From an uncultured Chloroflexia bacterium (GTDB lineage: Bacteria > Chloroflexota > Dehalococcoidia > UBA2979), in assembly GCA_963728205.1 (NCBI GenBank), contig CAVSIV010000002.1:96001-160000 (forward strand): 64,000 nt of DNA, in the 5' to 3' direction. Positions 27,523-38,740 of this stretch are shown here, piece by piece (within the stretch, counting starts at the first letter, position 1; every line of letters starts with the position of its first letter). The position numbers and the translations under genes were made by a program. The notes beneath the pieces are model-generated. The model was not told the DNA's origin. It made no database searches and worked only from the letters and a program-made list of their open reading frames with translations.

Positions 27523-29939
27523 GCGAGTGGATCCTGGCGTACGACGGGTACGACCCCGACCAGGAGCAGTTGCGCGAAGCCCTCTGCACGGTCGGTAACG
27601 GGTATTTCGGGACGCGCGGCGCGGGGGCGGACGTCGATGCCGGTGGCCCGCACTACCCGGGGACGTACATGGCCGGGGTGCTCAACCGCCTCTCGACGGA
27701 GATCGAGGGGCATACCGTCACGAACGCCAGCATCGTCAACCTTCCGAACTGGCTCCCCCTCCGCATCCGGCCTGAGGGCGGCGCGTGGTTCCGCACGGAT
27801 GCCGTCGAGTTGCAGGAGTACCGGCAAGAGCTCGACGTGCGCCGGGGCACACTGACGCGCTTCGTCCGCTACACGGATGCCGACGGCCGGACGACGCGGC
27901 TCACGGAGCGACGCTTCGCGCACATGGAAGACCCACACCTCGCAGGCATCGAGCTGACGGTCGTCCCCGAGGGCTGGTCGGGGCGGCTGGAGGTGCTGAG
28001 CGCCCTGGACGGGGGTGTGACGAACGCCGGCGTGCAGCGCTACTCAGGCCTCGACGGGCAGCACCTCGAGCCGCTCGTCGCCGAGCAGGTCGACGGCGAG
28101 ACCATCGCCCTGCAGGTGCGGACGAACCAGTCGCACGTGCGCGTGGCCGAGGCGGCGCGCACCCGGGTCTGGCGCGGCGCCGACGAGGAGTGCCGCGTCG
28201 ATGCGGGCCGCACGCTGGAGCAGCGCGCCGGATACGTCGCGCAGCGCTGGTTCGTCGACGTGCACGACGGCGAGCCGATCGCGCTCGAGAAGATCGTCGC
28301 CATCTACTCGTCGCGGGACGCGGCGATCTCCGAGAGCCGCGAGCAGGCCCGCATCGCCATCGACCGCGCCGGCGGCTTCGAGTCGCTGCTCGATCGCCAC
28401 GTCCTCGCGTGGGGCGACCTCTGGCGGCGGTTCCGCGTGCGGGTGCAGGCGGAGGAGCGCGTCGAGCGCGCGCTGCACGTCCACCTCTTCCACATCCTGC
28501 AGACCGTGTCGCCGCACAGCATTGACGCCGACGTCGGCGTGCCGGCGCGGGGGCTGCACGGTGAGGCCTATCGCGGTCACATCTTCTGGGACGAGCTGTT
28601 CGTCTTTCCCTTCATCAACCTCCGCTACCCGCTCCTCGGCCGCTCGCTGCTGCGCTACCGCTATCGCCGGCTGAACGAGGCGCGCTGGCGCGCGCGCGAG
28701 TCCGGCTACCGCGGCGCGCTCTTCCCCTGGCAGAGCGGCAGCGACGGCCGCGAGGAGAGCCAGACGCTCCACCTCAACCCGCGCTCCGGCCGCTGGATCC
28801 CCGACAACTCGCAGCTCCAGCGGCACATCGACATCGCGATCGCCTACAACGTCTGGCAGTACTACCAGTCGACCGGCGACGTGGGGTACCTCGCCGCGGC
28901 CGGCGCGGAGATGCTCGTCGAGATCGCCCGCTTCTGGTCGAGCATCGCGGAGTACAACCGCGCAACCGACCGCTACGAGATCTGCGGCGTGATGGGGCCC
29001 GACGAGTACCACGACGGCTACCCGTGGCGCGACGAGCCCGGACTCGACAACAACGCCTACACCAACGTCATGGCGGCATGGGTGCTCTGCCGCGCCATCG
29101 AGGCGCTCGACCTCCTTCCCCGCCAGGCGCGCGACGCCCTCGATGAATACCTCGACCTCTCCGGGGACGAGGTCCAGCGCTGGGAAGACCTCTCGCGCAA
29201 GATGTACGTGCCGTTCCACGAGGACGCGGACGGCAACCCGATCGTGAGCCAGTTTGAGGGCTACGAGCGGCTCGAGGAGCTCGACTGGGAGAAGTACCGG
29301 TCCGAGCATGGCGACGCGATGCGCCTGGACCGCATCCTCGAGGCCGAGGACGACACGCCGAATCGCTACAAGGCCTCGAAGCAGGCCGACGTGCTGATGC
29401 TCGCCTTCTTGCTCTCGTCCGACGAGCTGACCGAGCTCTTCGCTCGCCTCGGCTACGCGTTCGACAGCGGCATGCTGCTCAACAACATCGAGTACTACCT
29501 CCGCCGCACCGCCAACGGCTCGACGCTCAGCGCGGTCGTCGACGCCTGGCTGCTCGCGCGGCGCGACCGCGAGCGCTCGTGGAGCTACTTCACCGAGGCG
29601 CTCGACAGCGACATCGAGGACGTGCAGGGCGGTACGACCCCCGAAGGCATCCACCTCGGCGCCATGGCGGGGACCGTGGACATCGTCCAGCGCGCCTACA
29701 CGGGCATGGAGATGCGCGGCGACGCGCTCCGCTTCGACCCGCAACTGCCCGACGAGCTCAAGCAGCTCGAGTTCGACATCGACTACCGGGGCCACTGGCT
29801 GCACCTCGACGTCTCGCACCAGCGCATGCGGTTCACGACACGCCCCGGGAACGTCGCGCCGATCCGGGTGGTCGTCCGGAACGGCCAGGAGCACGAACTG
29901 GAGCTCGCACCGGGCGAGACGCGCGAGGTGGCCCTGTAG
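27519..29939 (+). CDS. Glycoside hydrolase family 65 (trehalose/maltose phosphorylase or hydrolase)
   Basis: REALCTVGNGY, ARGLHGEAYRGHIFWDE, GPDEYH, KQADV. GTGA overlap with otsB. Confidence 0.92.
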   Translation: MSEWILAYDGYDPDQEQLREALCTVGNGYFGTRGAGADVDAGGPHYPGTYMAGVLNRLSTEIEGHTVTNASIVNLPNWLPLRIRPEGGAWFRTDAVELQEYRQELDVRRGTLTRFVRYTDADGRTTRLTERRFAHMEDPHLAGIELTVVPEGWSGRLEVLSALDGGVTNAGVQRYSGLDGQHLEPLVAEQVDGETIALQVRTNQSHVRVAEAARTRVWRGADEECRVDAGRTLEQRAGYVAQRWFVDVHDGEPIALEKIVAIYSSRDAAISESREQARIAIDRAGGFESLLDRHVLAWGDLWRRFRVRVQAEERVERALHVHLFHILQTVSPHSIDADVGVPARGLHGEAYRGHIFWDELFVFPFINLRYPLLGRSLLRYRYRRLNEARWRARESGYRGALFPWQSGSDGREESQTLHLNPRSGRWIPDNSQLQRHIDIAIAYNVWQYYQSTGDVGYLAAAGAEMLVEIARFWSSIAEYNRATDRYEICGVMGPDEYHDGYPWRDEPGLDNNAYTNVMAAWVLCRAIEALDLLPRQARDALDEYLDLSGDEVQRWEDLSRKMYVPFHEDADGNPIVSQFEGYERLEELDWEKYRSEHGDAMRLDRILEAEDDTPNRYKASKQADVLMLAFLLSSDELTELFARLGYAFDSGMLLNNIEYYLRRTANGSTLSAVVDAWLLARRDRERSWSYFTEALDSDIEDVQGGTTPEGIHLGAMAGTVDIVQRAYTGMEMRGDALRFDPQLPDELKQLEFDIDYRGHWLHLDVSHQRMRFTTRPGNVAPIRVVVRNGQEHELELAPGETREVAL

Positions 29940-29952
29940 GAAGGAGGCCGCG

Positions 29953-30924
29953 ATGTCCCGGGCTCTCCGCTTCGGCCGCTACACGGTCGAGATCGACCAC
30001 GCCGATAAGGTGTTCTTCCCGCGCGACGGCATCACCAAGGGCGACCTCGTCGATTACTACGACGCGGTCGCGTCCGCGCTGCTGCCGGGGCTGCGCGGAC
30101 GGCCGCTGTCGCTGGAGCGCTACCCGGACGGCATCGCACGCCAGGGCTTCTACCAGAAGCGCGTGCCTGACTACTTCCCCGAGTGGATCACGACGACGCG
30201 AGTGTCGTCGGGCGAGGGCCCGCTGGAGCAGGTGCTGTGCGACCAGCGGGCGACGCTCGCGTACCTCGTGGACCAGGGCTGCGTCACGCCTCACCCGTGG
30301 CTGAGCCGCGCCGACGCGCCCGACCGGCCCGACATGATCGTGTTCGACTTCGACCCCCCGGATGCGCAGGGTGACGACCCCGCGGAGGGGTTCGAGCCGG
30401 TCCGCGACGCCGCGTTCGCGATGCGCGAGCTCGTGCAGGACCTCGGCCTGGTGCCCTTCGTCCGCACCACCGGCTCGCGCGGGCTGCACGTCGTCGCGCC
30501 GGTGCGTCGCGAGCAGGGCTTCGACGACGCGCGCGACTTCGCGGCGGGAGCCGCGCGCCTGCTCGCCCGCCGCCACCCGGACGCGCTCACCGTCGAGATG
30601 CGCAAGGCGAAGCGGCGCGGGCGCGTGTTCGTCGACTGGCTGCGCAACGCGTACGGCCAGACGGCGGTCGCGTCGTACGCGGTGCGCGCGAGGCCGGGGG
30701 CACCCGTCGCGACGCCGCTCGACTGGGACGAGCTGCGCAGCCGCTCCCTGCACGCGCAGACGTATCGCATCGACAACGTGCTGCGGCGGCTCGGGCAGAA
30801 GGACGACCCGTGGGACGGCTTCGCGCGGCGTGCCCGCTCGCTCGGCGCGCCGCGGCGGCGCCTGGCGCGCATGCTCGACGACGCCGAGCGACCGGCGTCC
30901 GGCGAGGCCGCCGGCGGTGCCTGA
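29953..30924 (+). CDS. LigD polymerase (Prim-Pol) domain protein
   Basis: DKVFFP, ITKGDL, ERYPDG, FYQK, FDFDP, TGSRGLH, DWLRN. Confidence 0.92.
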   Translation: MSRALRFGRYTVEIDHADKVFFPRDGITKGDLVDYYDAVASALLPGLRGRPLSLERYPDGIARQGFYQKRVPDYFPEWITTTRVSSGEGPLEQVLCDQRATLAYLVDQGCVTPHPWLSRADAPDRPDMIVFDFDPPDAQGDDPAEGFEPVRDAAFAMRELVQDLGLVPFVRTTGSRGLHVVAPVRREQGFDDARDFAAGAARLLARRHPDALTVEMRKAKRRGRVFVDWLRNAYGQTAVASYAVRARPGAPVATPLDWDELRSRSLHAQTYRIDNVLRRLGQKDDPWDGFARRARSLGAPRRRLARMLDDAERPASGEAAGGA

Positions 30925-31705
30925 GCTCGCCGACGTCGAGGGCTTTCGCCGCTACTTCGCACGCTACGCCGTCGGCAAGCGGATCGCGCGCGTGACCGTG
31001 GGTGCGCCCGAGATCCTGCGCAACACCTCGCCGCAGGGCCTGGGCCGCGCGCTCGCCGGCGAGCGCTTCGGCGACCCGCGCCGCCGCGGGAAGTGGCTGA
31101 TCGCCCCCGCCGCCGACCGCGCCGTGGTGTTCCACTTCGGCATGACCGGCGACCTCGACTGGCACGGCGCCGACCCGCCGCCCGACGACTTCGCGCGCGC
31201 CGCCTTCCACCTCGACGAAGGCGTGCTGCGCTATCGCTCGCAGCGCAAGCTCGGCGGCATCTGGCTCGCGGACGGCGCGGACGAGGACGCCCTGCAGGAG
31301 GTGGCCGGCGCGCTGGGCCCCGACGCCGATCGCATCGATCGCGACGCGTTCGTCGCGCTGCTCGACGCGCATCGCAAACAGATCAAGTCGCTGTTGATGG
31401 ACCAGGCGCGCATCGCCGGCCTCGGCAACGAGCTCGCCGACGAAGTCCTGTGGCGGGCGGGCGTGCGCCCAGACGTGACGGCGTCGGACCTGGGCACGCG
31501 CCGCGCCGACCGCCTCTTCGACGCGATGCGGGACGTCCTCCGCGCGGCGAAGCGCCACGGCCGCATCCCCGTCGCCGACGACTGGCTGCGCGGCCAGCGC
31601 GAGGCCGACACGCCGAGGTGCCCGCGTTGCGGCCGCACCCTCGAGCGCTCGCAGGTCGGCGGGCGCACCACGCTGTGGTGCCGCCACGACCAGCGGGCCG
31701 CCTGA
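30917..31705 (+). CDS. Fpg/Nei family DNA glycosylase
   Basis: N-terminal PELADVE, RRGKWL, HFGMTG, H2TH AGLGNELADE, Zn finger CPRC...CRHD. Confidence 0.9.
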   Translation: MPELADVEGFRRYFARYAVGKRIARVTVGAPEILRNTSPQGLGRALAGERFGDPRRRGKWLIAPAADRAVVFHFGMTGDLDWHGADPPPDDFARAAFHLDEGVLRYRSQRKLGGIWLADGADEDALQEVAGALGPDADRIDRDAFVALLDAHRKQIKSLLMDQARIAGLGNELADEVLWRAGVRPDVTASDLGTRRADRLFDAMRDVLRAAKRHGRIPVADDWLRGQREADTPRCPRCGRTLERSQVGGRTTLWCRHDQRAA

Positions 31706-31708
31706 CCC

Positions 31709-32485
31709 GTGACGCTCTACGTCGGGACGTCGGGCTGGCAGTACCGCCACTGGCGCGGCACCTTCTACCCCCGCGGCGTGCGACAGGACGACTGGCTCGA
31801 GTACTTCGCGCAGCACTTCGCGACCGTCGAGGTGAACAACACCTTCTACCAGCTCCCCGAGCGCGACACGTTCGCGGACTGGGCCGGCCGGGTGCCGGGC
31901 GACTTCGTCTACGCGCTGAAGTTCAGCCGCTACCTCACGCATACGAAGCGGCTGCACGACCCATCGGCGGCCGTCGACCACTTCTTCGCCCGCGCCGAGC
32001 CGCTGGGGGATCGCCTGGGTCCCGTGCTGCTGCAGCTCCCGCCGACGCTCGGCTACGAGCCGGATCGACTGCGCGCGACGCTCGACGCGATGCCCCCGGG
32101 CGTGCGCGTCGCGGTCGAGTTCCGGCACGACGCGTGGTTTCGCGACGAGACCTACGGGCTGCTGCGCGAACACGACGCCGCACTCTGCCTGGCCGACCGC
32201 GGGTCGCGCCCCGTCACCCCGCTCGAGCGCACCGCGTCGTGGGGCTACGTGCGCTTCCACGCCGGCCGCGCCAGCCCCGAGCCGTGCTACGGCCGCACGG
32301 CCGTCGACAGCTGGGCCGCGCGCATCGCGGCGCGGTGGAGCGCGCGCGCCGACGTCTATGCGTTCTTCAACAACGACACGCGTGCCTGCGCCCTCCGCGA
32401 CGCCCACCGCTTCGCGCTCGCCGCGCGGCGCCACGGCCTGCACCCCACACGCGTCCCGTCAGCGGGCGCCGTGACGGTCCGGTGA
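31709..32485 (+). CDS. DUF72 domain protein
   Basis: VGTSGWQY..W...FYP, VEVNNTFY, LLQLPP, VEFRH, YVRFH, FFNND. Confidence 0.92.
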   Translation: MTLYVGTSGWQYRHWRGTFYPRGVRQDDWLEYFAQHFATVEVNNTFYQLPERDTFADWAGRVPGDFVYALKFSRYLTHTKRLHDPSAAVDHFFARAEPLGDRLGPVLLQLPPTLGYEPDRLRATLDAMPPGVRVAVEFRHDAWFRDETYGLLREHDAALCLADRGSRPVTPLERTASWGYVRFHAGRASPEPCYGRTAVDSWAARIAARWSARADVYAFFNNDTRACALRDAHRFALAARRHGLHPTRVPSAGAVTVR

Positions 32486-32511
32486 GGGACAGCGGCGAGC
32501 GCCGCCGCCAC

Positions 32512-33504
32512 CTACCCCTCGCGCCGCACCTCGCGCGCGTCCTTGTCGCGCCGCGTCCCGAGGAACGCCGGGTGCCGCAGCCGGCCGTCGCGCGTCCACT
32601 CCGTGAACCGCACCTCGGCGACCACCTCGGGCCGCACCCAGTGCACCCCGCGCTCGCCGTCGAACTCCGCGAACGGCGACGCCTCGCGCTCCAGCGACTC
32701 CAGCCGCTCGCCGAGCCGCGCGAGCGTCGCGTCGTCGAACCCCGTGCCGACCTTCCCCGCGTACACGAGGTCGTCGCCGTCGTAGTACCCGAGCAGCAGC
32801 GCGCCGAATCCCGTGCGCGTGCCGCGCGGCTCCGTAAAGCCGCCCACGACGAACTCCTGCCCGTGCTGGCACTTGAACTTCAGCCAGTCCCGCGAGCGCG
32901 TGTGCACGTACGGGGCGTCGGCGCGCTTCGCGATCAGCCCCTCCCATCGCTTCTCGCAGGCCTCCACGAGGTAGGCCTCGCCGTCGCGGTTGCGATGCGG
33001 TGTGAGACGCAGGGGGGCCTCGAACGCGAACGCCGCGCGCAGCAGCCGCTTGCGATCGCGCAGGGGCAGGTTGCAGGTGTCGTGGCCGGCAAGGTAGAGG
33101 ACGTCGAACACGTAGTAGAAGACCGCGACGGTACGCCGCTCGCCCGGCTGCGGCCGGTTGTGCATGCGCTGCTGCAGCCGCGCGAAGCTCGTGACCTTGC
33201 CGTCGAACGCGACCATCTCGCCGTCGACGATGAAGTCGTCGACGCCCAGCCCGCCGAGCGCGTCGGCAATCTCCGGGTACTCGGCGTTGAGCGTCTTCCT
33301 GTTGCGGGACAGCAGGCGCACCTCGCCCCCATCGCGCGAGGCGAGCACGCGTTCGCCGTCGAGCTTGCGCTCGTAAATCCACGCCTCGTCGCTGAACGCG
33401 TCGTGCGTGAGCGTCGCGAGCATCGGCGCCATCCACGGCGGGTGCGCGCGCGTGCGCAGGCGGGCGCGCGCACCCGCCGAGAGCGGCGCGAACGGATCGT
33501 CCAC
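32512..33504 (-). CDS. LigD ligase domain (ATP-dependent DNA ligase)
   Basis: PMLATL, ERKLDGER, DGEMV, FDVL, EGLIAK, WLKFK, GRLRHPAF. Confidence 0.92.
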   Translation of the reverse strand: MDDPFAPLSAGARARLRTRAHPPWMAPMLATLTHDAFSDEAWIYERKLDGERVLASRDGGEVRLLSRNRKTLNAEYPEIADALGGLGVDDFIVDGEMVAFDGKVTSFARLQQRMHNRPQPGERRTVAVFYYVFDVLYLAGHDTCNLPLRDRKRLLRAAFAFEAPLRLTPHRNRDGEAYLVEACEKRWEGLIAKRADAPYVHTRSRDWLKFKCQHGQEFVVGGFTEPRGTRTGFGALLLGYYDGDDLVYAGKVGTGFDDATLARLGERLESLEREASPFAEFDGERGVHWVRPEVVAEVRFTEWTRDGRLRHPAFLGTRRDKDAREVRREG

Positions 33505-33506
33505 CG

Positions 33507-34214
33507 TCAGTCGCGACCGGCGGACCTGCGGCCGCGCCCGCCGCGCCCGCTGCCGCCGCTGCCACGTGACGAGCCACTGTCGGCGTCGTCCCCCGTGGCT
33601 TCCGCCGCGATCTCCTCGATCGTCCGGTCGGAGAGCACGGAGCGCGGCTCGGTGCTGACGGGGTTGCGTCGCGCGTCGGCCTCGTCGTCGTCCATCTTCA
33701 CGAGGATCCAGTGCTCCTGGCCGCGCCGCCGCCGGGTCTGCGTCAGCGCGTAGCCGCCCGTGAGCTTCTCGCCCTCGAGCCACACCGTGATGTGGCCGCC
33801 CGCGAGCTGCTCGGAGAGCGGCACCATCGCGCCCTCCGCGTCCTCGTCCACGTCGCGGCGCTTCGTGTTGCGGAACGGCCCGGTGTCCCAGACGAGCACC
33901 GCCCCGCCGCCGTACTCGCCCTCGGGGATCGTGCCCTCGAAGTCGGCGTACTCCAGCGGGTGGTCCTCCGTGCGGATCGCGAGGCGGCGCTCGCGCGGGT
34001 CCGTGGACGGCCCCTTCGGCACCGCCCACGACGCCAGCGCGCCGTCGATCTCCAGGCGGAAGTCGTAGTGCAGCGACGTGGCATCGTGCTTCTGGATCAC
34101 GAAGAGCGGGCGGCTTCGCGTGCGGTGCGCGCTGCCCCGCGGCTCCGACGTGCGACGGAAGTCGCGGCGCGCGTGATACGTGCGAAGCGTGCCATCAGTG
34201 CGTCGAGGCGGCAT
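33507..34214 (-). CDS. LigD 3'-phosphoesterase domain protein
   Basis: FVIQKHDATSLHYDFRLE, SWAVPKGP, TEDHPLEY, GEYGGG. Confidence 0.92.
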   Translation of the reverse strand: MPPRRTDGTLRTYHARRDFRRTSEPRGSAHRTRSRPLFVIQKHDATSLHYDFRLEIDGALASWAVPKGPSTDPRERRLAIRTEDHPLEYADFEGTIPEGEYGGGAVLVWDTGPFRNTKRRDVDEDAEGAMVPLSEQLAGGHITVWLEGEKLTGGYALTQTRRRRGQEHWILVKMDDDEADARRNPVSTEPRSVLSDRTIEEIAAEATGDDADSGSSRGSGGSGRGGRGRRSAGRD

Positions 34215-34342
34215 GGTGCACCTCCTCGATCCACGCTACCAGCCCCGGTCACGGCATCTCGCGCGTCGTGGTCCCGGGACTACCGGGGCGACCGCGTTTG
34301 TGATGTGATGGCCGTGCTCGCGACTGCGAGGGGAGGCCATCA

Positions 34343-35260
34343 ATGACGACGCCCGACGGACCGGACCCCGCTTACCGGATCCCGGTGAGCTACATCGACA
34401 AGTCGCGCGAGTACTACCTCGCGCAGGGCTATGGGAACCCGTACCGCTGGGCTTACTACGCGGACGTGCCGTTCACGCCGCTCGCGAAGCCGCTGGCGCA
34501 GTCGCGCGTCGCGCTGATCACGACCGCCTCGCTGATCCCCGGCGGCGCGGACCACGACCCCGACCCCGAGTCCATGCCGGTGCCCTCCGCGTACGTCGCG
34601 CCGAGCGACCCCGCGCCGAAGCGCCTCTACACACAGCACCGCTTCTGGGACAAGGACGCGACGCACACCGACGACCTCGACTCCTTCTTCCCGATCCACC
34701 GTCTCTGCGAGTACGAGGCGGAGGGCCGCATCGGCGAGCTCTCGCCGCGCTTCTACGGCATGCCGACCGACTACAGCCAGCGCCGCACCATCGAGCAGGA
34801 CGCGCCGCAGGTGCTGGAGTGGTGTCGCGAGGACGGCGTCGACGTCGCGCTGCTCGTCCCGCTCTGACCGGTCTGCCACCAGACCGTGAGCCTGGTATCC
34901 CGGCACCTCGAAGCGAACGGCATCCCGACGGTCATCCTCGGCTCCGCGCGCGACATCGTGGAGCAGTGCGGCGTGGCGCGGCTGGTCTTCACGGACTTCC
35001 CGCTCGGCAACCCCACGGGAAAGCCGTACGACGCCGCCATGCAGCGCGCGATCGTCGGCTTCGGGCTCGACCTGCTGGAGAGCGCGCGGGCACCCCGCAC
35101 CACCGTGCAGACGCCGTTCCAGTGGGATGAGTCGGGCGAGTGGCGCGCGAACTTCATGCGTGTCGACGACTCGACGCGCGCGGTGCTGCGCCGCGCGGGC
35201 GAGATGCGCCGACGCCAGCAGGAGCGGCGCAAGCAGGAGGGCCGGGCACGCGCGACATAA
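34343..35260 (+). CDS. Glycine/proline reductase selenoprotein B-like protein (Sec at in-frame TGA 34865-34867)
   Basis: ORFs 34343-34867 and 34886-35260 share a frame and join as ..DVALLVPL-U-PVCHQTVSLVSRHLEANGIPTV.., the GrdB/PrdB UxxCH motif. Confidence 0.88.
34868..34905 (+). promoter_or_regulatory. Putative bacterial SECIS element
   Basis: Hairpin CGGTCTG-CCAC-CAGACCG directly after the TGA. Alternative fold TGCC-ACCAG-(ACCGTGAGC)-CTGGT..GGCA. Confidence 0.55.
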
Positions 35261-35291
35261 GCGCGCAGCTCGGCGCAGCGGCCGAGTCCGC

Positions 35292-37118
<1,827 letters not shown>

Positions 37119-37379
37119 CGATGCTCCTCGGCGTGGTCGCGCCGGCTGTGGGTGCGAGGTGGGCGTGGCGAGGGGCGCTCGTGATGTGGAGCGGCGCCGT
37201 GTGCATCGAGTGTACGGCGGCTGCCGGCTACGCGCGCCGGCACGCGATCCCGGCGCGGTTCCGCAGAGCCGACGCGCGTTCCCCGCGTGCGCGCCACTGC
37301 CGCGACGCCGCTGCGTTCGGTGTGAGGCGCCCGGTGCCGGGGTTCCGACCGGCGGCGCACGGCGCACCGGAGCGCGAGC

Positions 37380-37820
37380 TCACTCCGATTCCTCCACGGA
37401 TGCGGCGTCGGCGGCGCATCCGTCCGCCACGGGGCGAAACACGGCCCGGTCGGCGACGACGAAATTCACGACCGCGGCGGCCACGATCCCCAGCGCGGAC
37501 GCCGCCAGGTCGGGCAGGACCACGACGGTCGCGGCGAACACGCCGACGTTGAGCAGGGCGGTGCCGGCGATCGCGGAGTGAAACCCCAGCCAGCGCGCGA
37601 CGATCGCCGCCCGCGGGTTGCGGTCACGCCACGTGAAGACGCAGCTCAGCGCGAAGTTGACCTGCGCCGAGACCAGGAACGCGACGGCGTCGGCGGGCAC
37701 GCTCCACATGCCCGCGACCAGGAGCAGCCGCAGCAGCGCGAGCTGGACGACGGCGGCCGTCGCGCCCACCAGCGCAAAGCGAGCGGGTCGCAGGGCGACG
37801 AGCCGACGGGCGTATCGCAT
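37380..37820 (-). CDS. GtrA family membrane protein
   Basis: RFALVGA...NFALS.VFTWRDR...NFVV..RAVF, four TM segments. Confidence 0.8.
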   Translation of the reverse strand: MRYARRLVALRPARFALVGATAAVVQLALLRLLLVAGMWSVPADAVAFLVSAQVNFALSCVFTWRDRNPRAAIVARWLGFHSAIAGTALLNVGVFAATVVVLPDLAASALGIVAAAVVNFVVADRAVFRPVADGCAADAASVEESE

Positions 37821-37914
37821 GCTCTCCCGATCCTCGTCGCTCGTCGCCCGGATCGCAGGTCACGCCCTGGGAGGCGAATGGGTAACGAGGCGATCGCTTC
37901 TCGCCCCGGCGCAC

Positions 37915-37940
37915 AAAAAAGAGGCCCCGGTCGGGGCCTC
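37915..37940 (-). terminator. Intrinsic terminator after tRNA-Met
   Basis: Minus strand GAGGCCCCG-AC-CGGGGCCTC followed by TTTTTT. Confidence 0.85.
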
Positions 37941-37954
37941 AACAGGTTGGGAAC

Positions 37955-38029
37955 TGGTAGCAGGGGGGAGATTTGAACTCCCGACCAAGGGCTTATGAGT
38001 CCCCTGCTCTACCACTGAGCTACCCTGCC
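37955..38029 (-). tRNA. tRNA-Met (CAT), probably elongator
   Basis: GGCAGGGTAGCTCAGTGGTAGAGCAGGGGACTCATAAGCCC...GTTCAAAT...CCCTGCTACCA. Confidence 0.9.
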
Positions 38030-38203
38030 ACGGATTTCCCAGTCTAGGTTCTGACGCCGTTCCGGTCACCCCGTGGCGCACCCGGCCGCGCCCCCGCGCG
38101 CCGCTCATCCGCGGGCCGGCCGGGGTGGGCGGCCTCCGTAGCATGGGATCAGGGGAGAACGCGGCGTGCTCGTCGCGGATGTCCCGCAACCGAGGAGGAT
38201 GCG

Positions 38204-38632
38204 ATGCGCGTGCCCGCCATCGGTCGCGTCCGTCCGTGGCTCTGGATTCCGCTCGCCGTGTTCGCCTGCGCGGCGCTGGTCACCGCGTGCAGCCACGGCA
38301 ACGCTACCCCAACCGCGAGCCCACCCCTTCAGACGTTCACGGTGACCGTGAACGCGGACGGACTCAGCCCCAGCCAGGTGAAGATGCGCGTACCCGACAA
38401 GGCGCGCCTCATCGTCCAGAACGACACGTCGGACGACTGCGTCTTCTCGTTCGGGCCGTACGTGCAGCGCATGAATGTCCCGCCGCACGACAAGTCGACC
38501 ATGGCCTTCACCGCGATTGCGACGCAGGACCTGCCGCCCAACCTCGCCGTCGAGGGCCCGATCACGATGGGCTGCGAAGGCGGCCAGCGCACCGGGACGA
38601 TCCAGTTGCTCACTTCGACGTCGACACACTGA
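38204..38632 (+). CDS. Cupredoxin-like lipoprotein
   Basis: Lipobox VTAC. Beta-rich body (GLSPSQVKM...LIVQND) with two Cys and no obvious His ligands. Confidence 0.55.
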   Translation: MRVPAIGRVRPWLWIPLAVFACAALVTACSHGNATPTASPPLQTFTVTVNADGLSPSQVKMRVPDKARLIVQNDTSDDCVFSFGPYVQRMNVPPHDKSTMAFTAIATQDLPPNLAVEGPITMGCEGGQRTGTIQLLTSTSTH

Positions 38633-38740
38633 CGCCGCGCACCACCGCCCGGCGGCGCGTCCCGCTCCCCGTCGCGCCCGTGCCGGGGTACCGTCCCCGC
38701 TGACTTCCCGCGGACGGTTCGGCGCGAGACGGAGGGTGCG

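Noticed and set aside
37955-38029. tRNA near the selenoprotein genes as tRNA-Sec
   Set aside because: The anticodon is CAT, the length is 75 nt and there is no long variable arm.
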